Shown: positions 28,130 to 39,000 of the stretch, in pieces
Layout of the letters: each line of letters starts with the position of its first letter
Numbering within the stretch: the first letter of the stretch is position 1
From: a virus
Taxonomy: Duplodnaviria; Caudoviricetes
IMG/VR virus record: IMGVR_UViG_3300047160_004333
Coordinates: 4,097 to 68,096 of that record
DNA length: 64,000 nt
Direction: 5' to 3' (one strand)
Program-made: the position numbers and the translations under genes
Notes under the pieces: generated by a model
What the model was told of the DNA's origin: nothing
Databases searched by the model: none
The model's input: the letters and a program-made list of their open reading frames with translations, nothing else

Positions 28130-30757
28130 ATGCCCATCGTCAAACTCAACATCAAGCCGGGCTTTGACGGTCAAAGTACCCAGACCGCCAACGAGAACGG
28201 CTGGTTCTCCGGTAATCTCATGCGTTGGCGGCTCGGGCTCTTGGAGAAGCTCGCGGGTTGGAAGCGCTTATTTGAAACTCCGCTCGCTGGGATCGTGCGT
28301 TCCATGAATGCGTGGCTCGATCTCAACAACAACAAGATCCTGCTGATGGCGGGCGACGGCCCGGTCACGCAGCGCGTCAACAACTTGCAGTTCACGCTGC
28401 CGCTGCTCGGGGTTTTCGATGGGACCAGCGGTACCAGTTTCAGCGTCACCGCTGGCTCTTCGGTTGCAACGGTGAACACCGCGAACATCACCAACCTGCG
28501 TAACGGTACGTCCATCACCTTCGCCATGCAGACATCCATCGGCGGTATCCATATCGCATCGGGGCAAAGCTTCACGGTCTCGAACTTCGTTATGGGGACA
28601 CCGAGCACGTTCCAGATCACGCTGCCCGCGCCTGCCGTCGACACCGATGTCAACAACCCCGGCGTGCCGGTCTTCTTCTTCGATTGGACCTCCAGCTTTG
28701 CCACGGTTGCCTTCGAGAACCATGGCTTGTCCGTCGGCAATACGTTTCTGGTCGACCAGCGCACGACCATCACGCAGGCGGGGGCGAACCCTTACACCAT
28801 CATCATTCCTTCGGACACGAACCTGACCGTTACCGGCATCGTCGATGCGAACCATTTCACTTTCAACTGGATGCTTTATGCCGAGGGGGGCGTCGGCGGC
28901 GTCGTCCCGATAGATGTGCTGGAAGGCACCGACCAGGTCGGCGGCCCGCAACTTGAGGGCCTTGTCTTCGGCGCCGCATCGCCGACCTTGCCGGGGCCGC
29001 AAACCGACTGGTTCACCGCGAATCTCGGTCAGGTTGGCCTTGTCTTGTTTACTGGAGGGCCGCTCTTCGTTGCACAACGCAACTCAGCGTTGTCGGCGGT
29101 CGGCCTGGCGAATCTGTCAGCGCCGCAAATCAACAACGCCATGCTCGTCGCCATGCCGCAAGCACAGGTCCTGCTGCTTGGAAGCGAAACGATTTTTGGC
29201 AGCGGCGTGCAGGACCCGTTGCTCATCAGGTGGTCGGACGCGGGCACCTTCGATGTTTACACGGCAACCGTTACCAATCAGGCGGGCTCGTTTCGTCTCA
29301 GTCGTGGCAGCAAGATCATTGGCGGGCTGCAATCTCCGCAGACGACGCTGATCTGGACCGATACCGATGTCTGGAGCATGTCGTATATCGGGCCGCCGCT
29401 GGTCTACGGCTTTACCATCATGGCCTCGGGTTGCGGGCTCATCGCGCCGCATGCCGCCGTCACCGTTGGCGGCACCACGGTCTGGTTGTCGCGGCAGTCG
29501 TTCTGGCAATTTAGCGGCGGCGGCGTTGCTCCGCTGCCTTGCCCGCAATGGGACTTCATCTTCCGTGACCTCAACCTGGCAGAGGCGCACAAGATACACG
29601 CCGGGGGCTCGACCTCGACGCATGAGCTTTACCTGTTCTTCTGCTCGTTGATCGACCAGCTTCCGCTGTCGGCCAATCTGCTGTCGCACAGCCAGACGTT
29701 TTCCAACAACGCCTGGATGAAGAACGGCCTGCAGCAGATAGTCGAGGGATTGGTTGCGCCGGACGCCACCTTGACCGCCGAGCAAATGGCCGAGGACAGC
29801 AGCTATGGCTCGCACGGCATCACACAATCGCTGACGAAGGCTGCGGCGGTCACGACCTACACGCTTTCGGTCTACGCCAGCAAGACCAGCACCACATGGA
29901 TCAAGCTGCAGGCGGCGAGTTCGCTCGGCGGCTCCGTGTTCATCGGCTACGATCCGACCCTGGGTGTCGTGCGATTTGTCCATCAGACCGGGGGGGCATT
30001 CGTGTACATCTCAAGCTCGGCAGTCACCGACGCCCTGGCCACCGGCCTGGGTGCAGATGGCAATGGCTGGCTGCGCTACATCCTGACTTTCACCAGCGAT
30101 GCCGACATCGCCTTGAACATCAGTCTGCAAAACGGAACGGCGGCAGGAGACCTCTACGTCGGCGTCCCCGGCGAGGGTGCCGTCATCTGGGGCGCGCAAA
30201 TCAATGTCGGCAGCAGCGTGCTGCCGTATCTGCTGACACTGACCTCGAACCCAAACGAGTGTACGCGCTACGTCAAGTACAATATCGCCGAGGGGCTGTG
30301 GGACAGCGGTGTGTGGCCTGCGGCCAATGCCAGAACATCGTGGCTGGACGACAACATCTTCGGCTCCCCGCTCGGGGCCGACAACAACTTTCTGATCCAG
30401 CAGCACGAGATGGGCTTCGACGACGACGGACAACCGATGCGCGGGGTCCGCGCCCTCACCGGATACGCCGATCTTGGTGACGGCGACGACATGATGTCGA
30501 TTACCCAGTGCATCCCCGACTTCAAATGGTTCGGGGTCAATGGCGGCATTAACCTGACCTTGCAGAGCCAGAACTATTCCGAGGGTAAGACCTTCATCTT
30601 CGGGCCGTTCCCCATCACCTCCGCGACACAGTGGTTCAATCCTCGCGTTCGCGCCCGGCAGATTGCCTGCCAGTTCGACTGGCGTGAGGAGCTAGGCTTT
30701 TCTGCGCGCCTCGGAGCCATGCGTTTCCGGGTCAAGCCAACGGGCAAGCATCCATAA
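28130..30757 (+). CDS. Tail nozzle/stabilisation protein (P22 gp10-like) with inserted CBM-like domain
   Basis: MPIVKLNIKPG start, IRWSD...F....TNQAGSFRL..GSKI, SGCGLI.P.A; insert NLL..SQ.F.N..W...WGAQ. Confidence 0.75.
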   Translation: MPIVKLNIKPGFDGQSTQTANENGWFSGNLMRWRLGLLEKLAGWKRLFETPLAGIVRSMNAWLDLNNNKILLMAGDGPVTQRVNNLQFTLPLLGVFDGTSGTSFSVTAGSSVATVNTANITNLRNGTSITFAMQTSIGGIHIASGQSFTVSNFVMGTPSTFQITLPAPAVDTDVNNPGVPVFFFDWTSSFATVAFENHGLSVGNTFLVDQRTTITQAGANPYTIIIPSDTNLTVTGIVDANHFTFNWMLYAEGGVGGVVPIDVLEGTDQVGGPQLEGLVFGAASPTLPGPQTDWFTANLGQVGLVLFTGGPLFVAQRNSALSAVGLANLSAPQINNAMLVAMPQAQVLLLGSETIFGSGVQDPLLIRWSDAGTFDVYTATVTNQAGSFRLSRGSKIIGGLQSPQTTLIWTDTDVWSMSYIGPPLVYGFTIMASGCGLIAPHAAVTVGGTTVWLSRQSFWQFSGGGVAPLPCPQWDFIFRDLNLAEAHKIHAGGSTSTHELYLFFCSLIDQLPLSANLLSHSQTFSNNAWMKNGLQQIVEGLVAPDATLTAEQMAEDSSYGSHGITQSLTKAAAVTTYTLSVYASKTSTTWIKLQAASSLGGSVFIGYDPTLGVVRFVHQTGGAFVYISSSAVTDALATGLGADGNGWLRYILTFTSDADIALNISLQNGTAAGDLYVGVPGEGAVIWGAQINVGSSVLPYLLTLTSNPNECTRYVKYNIAEGLWDSGVWPAANARTSWLDDNIFGSPLGADNNFLIQQHEMGFDDDGQPMRGVRALTGYADLGDGDDMMSITQCIPDFKWFGVNGGINLTLQSQNYSEGKTFIFGPFPITSATQWFNPRVRARQIACQFDWREELGFSARLGAMRFRVKPTGKHP

Positions 30758-31992
30758 TGAACGCGCCGGTCAGCAACTCGACATTCCAGTCTCCCGATAA
30801 TTCTCCGCTCGGCGGCGGGTCGAACAAGGTCTCGCAGGCGGTCCTGCTCATTGCGCAGGCATTCAATCAGGTTTCTACGCAGATCAATATGCTGATCAAC
30901 ACGCTGTCGACCGTCGCCATAGCCGACGGCACGACCAATTTCGCCGTTCCCGACAGCGACAATGGAGCAACCTATCTGGTCGGGCATGACGTTCTCACCA
31001 TCACCCTTGCCGATCCGGCAAATTACACGTCCTCGCTGTTTAACATCTCCGTCAAGAACAATGGCCCGCATCGCATCAATGTCAATGCCACCGGCTTTCC
31101 CGGCATCTTCTTTGTCTACCCGGGTCAGGATTGCCGCATCAAGCGCCAAGGCCCGCAGTGGGTTGTCTACGGTGCCAGCGGCTCTTTCGTGAACAGAGCG
31201 CTGCGGCGATGGGAAATACAAAACTCGAACTGGTACGTCGACCCGGTCTCCGGCGCGGACAACGACTTTACCAATGACGGCATCACTTCCGCGAGCGCTT
31301 TTGCCACCTTGAGCAATTGCTACCAGCACATCATCAAGGACGTGGATTGCTTGCACACTACGGTGCAAATCAATCTTACCGGCGTGACGCATCTCGTCGG
31401 CACGGGCTTTGTCATCACCTATCCGCTCTTCGGCAGCAGCCTGCTGGTGATACAGGGTGTTCCCGGTAGCACGTTCATCAACTGCGATGCCGGGGGCAAT
31501 TGCCTGTTCGTGCGTGAAGAAGGCACGACCGTGTCCGTCGACGGCGTCGGCTTCACTACCAGCGGATTTGGCTCGACTGCCATCTCGGTCTCACAAGGCG
31601 CGGTGCTCGATATCAGCAACTTCAATTTCGGCAACTTCGCCGGTGGCGCACACATCGCCGTGACGGAGTTCGCGGCCGTCAACCTCACCGGCGATGGCTC
31701 GATCACGGGCAGCATGACAGTGCACTTCAACTGCACCGACAGCAGCTACATGACCTACGGTCCCTACACCATCAACATACCGAGCCCGCTGACCTTTACC
31801 GAGTTCGCTGCCGTCACGACGACCGCGAACGTCAACGAGAACGGCGGCAGCGTGTTCACCGGCGCAGGAGCGGGGGCAGGGTCGACCGGACAGCAATACG
31901 TCGTCACCACGAATGCGGTGTTCCAAGGCAGCCATACGACTTGGCCGGGGGCGACACCGGGAAGCACGAGCTTGGGAGGGCTGTTCGTGTGA
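30757..31992 (+). CDS. Tail-associated protein with beta-helix-like C-terminus
   Basis: YVDP..G.D..NDG..A.AF.T motif typical of beta-helix tailspike entries. Confidence 0.6.
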   Translation: MNAPVSNSTFQSPDNSPLGGGSNKVSQAVLLIAQAFNQVSTQINMLINTLSTVAIADGTTNFAVPDSDNGATYLVGHDVLTITLADPANYTSSLFNISVKNNGPHRINVNATGFPGIFFVYPGQDCRIKRQGPQWVVYGASGSFVNRALRRWEIQNSNWYVDPVSGADNDFTNDGITSASAFATLSNCYQHIIKDVDCLHTTVQINLTGVTHLVGTGFVITYPLFGSSLLVIQGVPGSTFINCDAGGNCLFVREEGTTVSVDGVGFTTSGFGSTAISVSQGAVLDISNFNFGNFAGGAHIAVTEFAAVNLTGDGSITGSMTVHFNCTDSSYMTYGPYTINIPSPLTFTEFAAVTTTANVNENGGSVFTGAGAGAGSTGQQYVVTTNAVFQGSHTTWPGATPGSTSLGGLFV

Positions 31993-32252
31993 TCAGGCGC
32001 GCGCAATATGGCCGCTATCTCGATGCCCTGGTTGACGCCATCAAGGAGATCGTGACGGTGGGACAGCCGCTGCCTGCGAACTTCGAGGACAGCGTGCGTA
32101 TCGTCTATGGCTTTGAGAGCCGTGACGGCGACGGAAACTACGTTGTTCGTGATGTTTTCGGCCTGCTCCATCAGATAGAATCCTTTGTGATTCGGGAGGG
32201 CGTCGTGGCCGACGACTGGGAGCAGCGCATGCGCGCTCCGATGGTGCATTGA
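31989..32252 (+). CDS. Hypothetical protein
   Basis: GTGA overlap, SD GGGAGG. Confidence 0.55.
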   Translation: MIRRAQYGRYLDALVDAIKEIVTVGQPLPANFEDSVRIVYGFESRDGDGNYVVRDVFGLLHQIESFVIREGVVADDWEQRMRAPMVH

Positions 32253-32551
32253 TGCTCGACCCAACGAATACCAAGCCGGGTGCTTCCTTCAGCGCTTTCG
32301 CGCCGCTGCAGCAGCCGGTCACGCCGCTGACACAGACAGGTAATCCGCTGACGGCCGGGACGGGTGCCGTCTCCATGGCATCGGTTGCGCCGATGTCCTC
32401 GGACACGACCGTCGCATCCCCTAACCAAGCACAGGCGCAGATGCCTGCATCGGATACGGACCTCGACCAACTCGGCCAGAACTTCCTGCTGATAGCACAA
32501 GCCATCAACAGGTTCACCGGAACGCTCCTCCTGATTTTGCCAAACGCATGA
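32249..32551 (+). CDS. Hypothetical protein
   Basis: Coupled ORF; LLIAQAIN resembles LLIAQAFN at the N-terminus of the 30757 protein. Confidence 0.55.
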   Translation: MMLDPTNTKPGASFSAFAPLQQPVTPLTQTGNPLTAGTGAVSMASVAPMSSDTTVASPNQAQAQMPASDTDLDQLGQNFLLIAQAINRFTGTLLLILPNA

Positions 32552-32793
32552 CCGCTCAACAACGGCTTATCGAGTTCCTGGCACAGTCCTACCGCTTGCA
32601 AGTCTTCGATGGCGGCGATGTCCAGCCGCTGGTCGAGAAGTACAAGAAAGAAAGCGACGACGAGTTCCTCCGTATCGCGCGTGCCCGGTTGAGCGAACTC
32701 GACAAGCTCGGCGCCGTGGTCAACCTCTCGCAACGCGACTTCGCGGGCTATCAGCAGCAAAAGGCGCTGCGCAAACTTTTGGGTAAACGCTGA
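32548..32793 (+). CDS. Hypothetical protein
   Basis: ATGA and TGATG coupling. Confidence 0.6.
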   Translation: MTAQQRLIEFLAQSYRLQVFDGGDVQPLVEKYKKESDDEFLRIARARLSELDKLGAVVNLSQRDFAGYQQQKALRKLLGKR

Positions 32794-34937
32794 TGCCGCT
32801 AGGTCCGATGCGCACGAAAGCGCAAAAAAGAGAAGGAATGCACGAAGTCCTTGGCGAGTTCAAGCGAGGCGCTCTTCATAGTGGCAGCAAAACCGGACCT
32901 GTCGTAAAAAGTCGTGCGCAGGCGATTGCTATTGGCCTCAAGCAGACCGGGCAGTCGAAGTATCAGGAAGGCGGTCTCGTTGATGCTATTCAAGCGGCTA
33001 TCGATCAGCCTACTACGCCGCCGTCATCATGGAATGCGGCGCTCGGTATGCCTGAAGTCCCGCCACCGATTGTGCCACCACGGGAGACCGTTCAGGAAAA
33101 AACCATTCCGCGTTTTGTTGCTGAAGCGGCGATCCCGCACTTGATCGGTGGTGCGCTCGATATACCGGGCGCGGCTCGGAGCGAGAGTTGGAAGGCTGCA
33201 ACTGGTGATCCATCTTATAATCCGATGCCGGGCCTTCGTGCAGCTTCATTGGCAAATATGCCTGCGCCGGGTGTCGGCGGTCCTGCGCTCGGTACGCTCT
33301 ACATACGTCGCGCGCCTTATGATCCGCTCAGAGGCAGATACGACATTGTAGATGAAACGGGAGCATTCCGCGCTCCCATGATGGCGTATATGCGTCGTCC
33401 AGCGGGAGCACCATGGGATGCGCCTCGCAGCGATCTCAACGTCAGCATGATTGGTCAATTCGGAGCAGGGTTGGAGAATGCCATTGGTCCACGCAATATC
33501 CGTTCGTGGCTGCGAGCCGTAGGAGCAGAGTTTCCCGAGGCTCAAACCCTGTCTGGGTTTCGAATGAGCGGTGTGCGTTCGGAGCACCCGGAGAGGATTC
33601 AAAGGCGCTTGCCGCAGATTACCGATGAACAACGCAAGCTTTATTTCCAGGAAAAGGAACGGGTTCCACCGCACGAGCCGCCACCAGAGGAAGTGTACTT
33701 CCAACAAGGCGGTCTCGTCCCGCAGCTGTCCGCAGAACCTCATCCCAACGCCCCGCATCCCGATGATGCTCACACGCTGATCGATGTTGCTCCCGATCCC
33801 CATCCATATCCACCGCCTGAACCTCCAGCTTATATCGGCACCCTTGAACGTCTGCATGCTGCGCGGATGCAGGCACAGGGTATCCCGCGCCAGGCTGGAG
33901 GTCAGGTCGGCCCTGGACAGGGCTGGGCACAGCAGGGGCCGTCGTTTTCGCCTCCGACCAATCCGGCGGACTGGCAGAACCTGATGGTTTCAGGCCGCGC
34001 GGGCGGTCTCGGCCCGCAGCCGTCCGGCAATCCGATGCCACCGTCGACACCGCTACAAAATCCCTTGATGCCTGGGCCACCGCAGCCTCCGCGCATGCCT
34101 GACCACCCTGCTGGGCCACCGACAGGCGGCTGGGGTGGTTTTCCTCCGCAGCCTGCCGTGGGACCGCTCCGCGGGCTGCAGAATCAATGGCCACACGAGG
34201 GCTTCCACTACGGTTCTGGCGGCGGCTTGGTAGGCATAGAGCCGCTGTTTAAACACTACCAGAAAGGCGGCCTGACTGAATCGAGTATGAGCGCGCTCGG
34301 GCGGCAGGCGCACTATGGGGGCATGAATGTCGCGAGTGGTCTCAAGCTCGTGCATTCGACTACGCCCGGCCGCACCGACCGCATTCCAATACGCGCACGC
34401 CCAGGTTCGTTCGTATTGCCCGCCGACGTTGTCTCGGGCTTGGGCCAGGGCAACACGCTGGCAGGGGCGAAGATGTGGGGGCAGGCCATTGCGCATTCAG
34501 CAGGACCATATGGTGCAGGCACTGCGGGGGTGCGTGCCGCCAAGATGCCTGCGTTGCCCCGTCCCGTGATGCCGCGCTCGCCGAGGGGGACGAAGGCGTT
34601 CGCGGAAGGCGGCGAAAACAAACCATGGCATCCAAGCGACCCTGGTCCGCTGCCTCGGCCCGTTCCGATATTGCAGCCGCCTTTCCCTCCAGCCACTCCC
34701 GAGCGAGGACCAATCTATCCGTATGGACCGCACAAAGGTTATCAGGAAGGTGGTGATATCGACGACGGCCTGACTACCATCCTGGTCGCAGGCGGTGAGA
34801 TGATTGTCGATCCCGACTATGTTACGGGCATTGGTGACGGCGATCTTGAGAAGGGCAGCAAGCTCCTGCACGAGAACGTGCTGCATGTGCGTAAGCAAGT
34901 CGGTGACAACAGGAACTTACCTGAGCCCGTCCAATGA
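32793..34937 (+). CDS. 714-aa Pro-rich GG-motif protein with DUF6496-like N-terminus; putative internal virion protein
   Basis: HEVLGEFKRGALHSGSKTGPVVKSRAQAIAIG; GRTDRIP...GSFVLPADVV and VAGGEMIVDPD..V C-terminal domains. Confidence 0.65.
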   Translation: MPLGPMRTKAQKREGMHEVLGEFKRGALHSGSKTGPVVKSRAQAIAIGLKQTGQSKYQEGGLVDAIQAAIDQPTTPPSSWNAALGMPEVPPPIVPPRETVQEKTIPRFVAEAAIPHLIGGALDIPGAARSESWKAATGDPSYNPMPGLRAASLANMPAPGVGGPALGTLYIRRAPYDPLRGRYDIVDETGAFRAPMMAYMRRPAGAPWDAPRSDLNVSMIGQFGAGLENAIGPRNIRSWLRAVGAEFPEAQTLSGFRMSGVRSEHPERIQRRLPQITDEQRKLYFQEKERVPPHEPPPEEVYFQQGGLVPQLSAEPHPNAPHPDDAHTLIDVAPDPHPYPPPEPPAYIGTLERLHAARMQAQGIPRQAGGQVGPGQGWAQQGPSFSPPTNPADWQNLMVSGRAGGLGPQPSGNPMPPSTPLQNPLMPGPPQPPRMPDHPAGPPTGGWGGFPPQPAVGPLRGLQNQWPHEGFHYGSGGGLVGIEPLFKHYQKGGLTESSMSALGRQAHYGGMNVASGLKLVHSTTPGRTDRIPIRARPGSFVLPADVVSGLGQGNTLAGAKMWGQAIAHSAGPYGAGTAGVRAAKMPALPRPVMPRSPRGTKAFAEGGENKPWHPSDPGPLPRPVPILQPPFPPATPERGPIYPYGPHKGYQEGGDIDDGLTTILVAGGEMIVDPDYVTGIGDGDLEKGSKLLHENVLHVRKQVGDNRNLPEPVQ

Positions 34938-35413
34938 CCCCGGAATATCTCAGGAAGCTTTTAGCTTATGACGCCACCACAGGGGTTTTTACTTGGCGTG
35001 TTGGTCGAGCACGTACTCGCCACGGCACAGTTGCTGGGACTCTAGAACACGATGGATATCGGCGAATCAGAATAGACCGAAGGGCTTATCACTCTCATCG
35101 TCTTGCGTGGTTTTATGTCCACGGCAAATGGCCGAAGGATCAAATCGATCACATCAACGGCAATCGCGACGATAACTGTATTGCCAACTTACGAGAAGCT
35201 TCTCGGTCGCAAAACCTAGCCAATGCACGACATCATCGTAGAAGCAAGGCTCCTTATAAAGGCATCACATTACTGCGCGGCAAATGGGTTGCACAAATAA
35301 GTATTTATGGACGCAAAAGATATCTCGGCTACTTTGATACACCCGAGGCTGCACATACAGCCTATTGCAAGGCAGCACAAGACGGCTATGGGTCGTTTTG
35401 GAGGTCTGCATGA
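34934..35413 (+). CDS. HNH homing endonuclease (HNH + AP2-like)
   Basis: MTPEYLRKLLAYD..TG, SHRLAW, IDHINGNRDDNCIANLREAS; ATGA overlaps at both ends. Confidence 0.92.
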   Translation: MTPEYLRKLLAYDATTGVFTWRVGRARTRHGTVAGTLEHDGYRRIRIDRRAYHSHRLAWFYVHGKWPKDQIDHINGNRDDNCIANLREASRSQNLANARHHRRSKAPYKGITLLRGKWVAQISIYGRKRYLGYFDTPEAAHTAYCKAAQDGYGSFWRSA

Positions 35414-36033
35414 TCCCGATGTACACCATCGAAGGCGGGGTTCCCGGCGTGCGTTTTGCAACACCGGCGGACGAGATCGAGATCTTCGGTCTGCTGTGCA
35501 TGATGCACAGCGAGATGGCGTTCTTCAACATGAACCCGGCCAAGGTGATGGAGGGTATCCAGTTTGCCACTCAGCGCAAGGGCGGCGTTATCTTCGTCAT
35601 CGAGGAGCGCAATCGTATCGTTGCCTCACTCGGTGCGGTGCTGGTGTGTGATTGGTATAGCGACGATTACTACTGGCTGGAGCGATGGAACTACGTTCAC
35701 CCGGAGCATCGCCAGGGCAATAACCACGCGCGCAAGCTGATTGAGCAGGCCAAGTGGCTGTCGGATTGGTTCAAGAGCAAGGGCGATCCCAAGCCGTTTC
35801 AGGTCGGCATTAATTCGCTCGACCGGACACAGGCGAAAATACGGCTTTATGCGCGGCATATGCCGTGTATCGGGGCCTATTTCATGTGGGGAGAGCCGCC
35901 GAGACATCCCGAGAAGATGGCGCTGGCACAACAAGACGTTGACGAAGCGGCTCAAGTTGCGGGCCGCAATCATTCTCGCGCAGTGCATGCGACAACCGAG
36001 ACCGTCATTCGAGTGAGCGAGCATGTGCGGTAA
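35410..36033 (+). CDS. GNAT-fold protein preceding the ejection genes
   Basis: VRFATPAD, ERWNYVHPEHRQGNNHARKLI (GNAT motif A-like). Confidence 0.65.
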   Translation: MIPMYTIEGGVPGVRFATPADEIEIFGLLCMMHSEMAFFNMNPAKVMEGIQFATQRKGGVIFVIEERNRIVASLGAVLVCDWYSDDYYWLERWNYVHPEHRQGNNHARKLIEQAKWLSDWFKSKGDPKPFQVGINSLDRTQAKIRLYARHMPCIGAYFMWGEPPRHPEKMALAQQDVDEAAQVAGRNHSRAVHATTETVIRVSEHVR

Positions 36034-39000
36034 GAGCACCCCGCAAGGTGTTTCCACCGGCTCGACCACGTCGGGCGGGACAGGTGTGACCAGCGCGACC
36101 ACGCTGCCTGCATCGCCATTCACCGCCGGTCTTTACAACCAGGTCCTACAGTCCGGCTACAATCTGCCGCAGACGCCGTTCAACCCGGCCACACTTGGGC
36201 AGTTGGCGGCCTGGACGCCGCAGCAGCAGCAGGCGGCTGATCAGCTGTTCAATATGGGTATGGGTATGGGGACGTTCGACCCCAACCAGATCCAGCAGAT
36301 CATGTCCCCGTACATCCAGAACGTGGTCGACGCGACTCAGAATCAATTCGCCAACGCGAATGCGCAGCAGGCAAATCAGCTAGTCGGTCAGGCAATTCGA
36401 TCCGGCAACATCTTTGGTGGTGACCGTGCCGGTGTCGCAGCGGCGCAACTCGCCGGGCAGCAACAGCTTGCACAGGCTCCTGTCATCGCGGGTGAATACC
36501 AGGCTGGCTATGGGCAGGCGCTCAATGAATACAACCTGCTGAAGCAGCTGGGTCTGGGCGGGGCACAGACGGCGTTCGGTGCTGCCGGTCTCCTGCCAGC
36601 ATATCAACAGCGGGCGCTCGACCTCGCACAGCAGAACGCGATCCAGCAGAGTGCATACCCGTTCCAGCTTGCCAATTGGCAGGCAGCTATTGCCAGTGGC
36701 GTTGGGCCGCTGACCGGCACCACTGGTACCACGAACTACAATGTGTCGGCCTATCAGACGCCGCCGCCGCCCAACCCCTACACGCAGGGTCTCGGTCTTG
36801 CGACAGCAGGCCTCAATGCACTGCCGGGGTTCATGAACTGGTGGAACGCACCATCCTCCGGGCAGCTTTCGTCTGGAGCGACGGGAACTGTAAATCCAGC
36901 CACCGGGCAATATGCCAAGCATGGCGGCCTTATCGGCTACGACAACGGTGGACGCATCCCGCTTGCGCATGTGATCGACCACGTCGTGCCGCACCGGCAA
37001 GCGGGCGGTCCAAGCACGCCCTTCGATGAGATCGTGGTGGGTGGGCGCACTGGAGGGCCGCACCATTGGATGGGCATGCCGCGCATCGCTGGCAGAGAGC
37101 CCATGCCGCTGCCGCAAGTCAATCTTCCCGGTACGCGCGGCGCTCCCGGTGGATCAGGTGCGCCCGGCAGTCTTGCAGGGGCGACAACTCCCTATAGCGC
37201 GCTTGCCAACCTGATCACGTCTGGTTCGAAAGCGTTGCCTGGTCTTGGCAAGACGACGACGGGAGGACTCGGAGGCGGAACTACCATTACCGAGATCGGT
37301 GACAGTGGCGCTGGTACTTATACCAACAAGGAGGCTGCGGAAGAAAAGCACGGCGGCCTGGTCGGCTACCAAGAAGGCGGTGATGTACCGATGCCAATGT
37401 TCACCGCATCGAAACCACTGCCGCTGATGAATGTCAGCATTCCAGGCCTACCGGGTATGGACGGTCGTGGTGGTGGCGGTACTGGTACCGGTACCGGATC
37501 GGGCTCAAGCTCGTCATCGTTTGGCTCGCCTGCAAGTTTCGTTACTGCACTCATGAATCCGAATACGCTGACTTCGCTCGGCTCTCTCGGCAGCAGCGCC
37601 ATGTCTGGTCTTGGCTCTCTCGGCAGCAGCGCCATGTCTGGTCTTGGCAGCGTTGCTGGCGGCATCGGCGATGCTTTTGCGGGGGCTGGTGGTGCAATCA
37701 TGGATGCGCTGCCGTTCCTTGCGCTTGCCAAGCGCGGCGGGCTTGTACCGCGCAGCTATCAAGGTGGCGGCGAGGTCGACCCCGAGGAAGGACCGTCATA
37801 TCAAGTCGCGGGCGACCCGCCTTCGCATTATCAGGGCATAATGGATAAGACCGGCATGTCCCCGGAAGACGTACAGGCGATCAGGGCGGGTGTCTCCAAG
37901 ATTGAGAGTGGAGGCAACTACGGACTGCGGCGCTATCCTGGTCAGAGCAACTATGGACGTTATCAGTACAATGACAGAGATGTGCGTGATATCGCACGCA
38001 ACGTCTATGGCGAGCGCCCCCCCTCCTATCAGCAATTGATGAGTAATCCCGATCTGCAGGAGAAATACTATGCGGGCTATTTAGAGAATGCACACGACAG
38101 ACTCAGTGGATATTCAGCCTACGCTAATGCTGATCCCCAGGATAAAGCACGCATGCTTGCAATGAGCCAGTTCGGTCCACTCAATGCATTGCGAGCTATT
38201 ACCAGTAACATGTCCTTCCGGGACGCCAATGGAACGCCGATTGGAGTTTTTAGAACGGCGTATAATAGCGCCAAAGCTTCTGGTGCTGACCCGGATACTC
38301 CCGATGCAGGTGCGGAAACTGTAGCATCAGAAGCCGCGCGAGTGAGCCCGGCACAAGCTGGGCTTGGTCCCGGCACGATTTCACGCATCCCGGGTATGCA
38401 GGATCGGCCGCGCACACCGTTCGAGGAATGGGCAAGAAGCCCGATCACGCGCGCTGGTCTTGCGATGGCGACAACGTCTTCGCCGTACTTCATGACCGGC
38501 ATCGGACAGGGGCTGGAGGCCGCAGCTGGCGCGCTTGAGTCAGGCTATCAGGAGGACATCCAGAAAGATCGACCCAACAAGATGATCACGCTGGAGGACG
38601 GCACGATTGCGTTCATGTCGAACACCGGCAAGCTCGTGACGACGAAGGGGCTGAAGAAGTACAATGCGCCGCATTACGAAAAGATCACAGACCCAGATAC
38701 TGGCAAGACGCGCATCTTTCAGATCTCCCCTGACGGGACTTCAAAGGATGTGACCCCAGCGGGGACTGCAACAGAGGCGACCAAGACTGATAATAAGGAC
38801 CTGCATGGTCGGGAATACCTTGAAACGATAGCCAATGATCCAGATCGCAATCTTGTTGAATCGGTTGGCAATTACGAACTGGACCCGATCAGGGCTGTTT
38901 CTTTAGCGAAGGGGGAGCGCAAGCGATTTCTCAATAAGGTACTGGCATTCAATCCCGGCTACGATCAGCGATATTGGACTGGTTCTAACAGGACTGTGAC

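Noticed and set aside
37580-37645. 33-nt tandem repeat in the ejection protein
   Set aside because: Simple in-frame duplication in a low-complexity linker; no spacer structure
38843-38854. 12-nt match (GATCGCAATCTT) to the array-2 unit-2 target, also at about 59435
   Set aside because: Only 12/18 at 38843, and the same 12-mer occurs twice, consistent with chance
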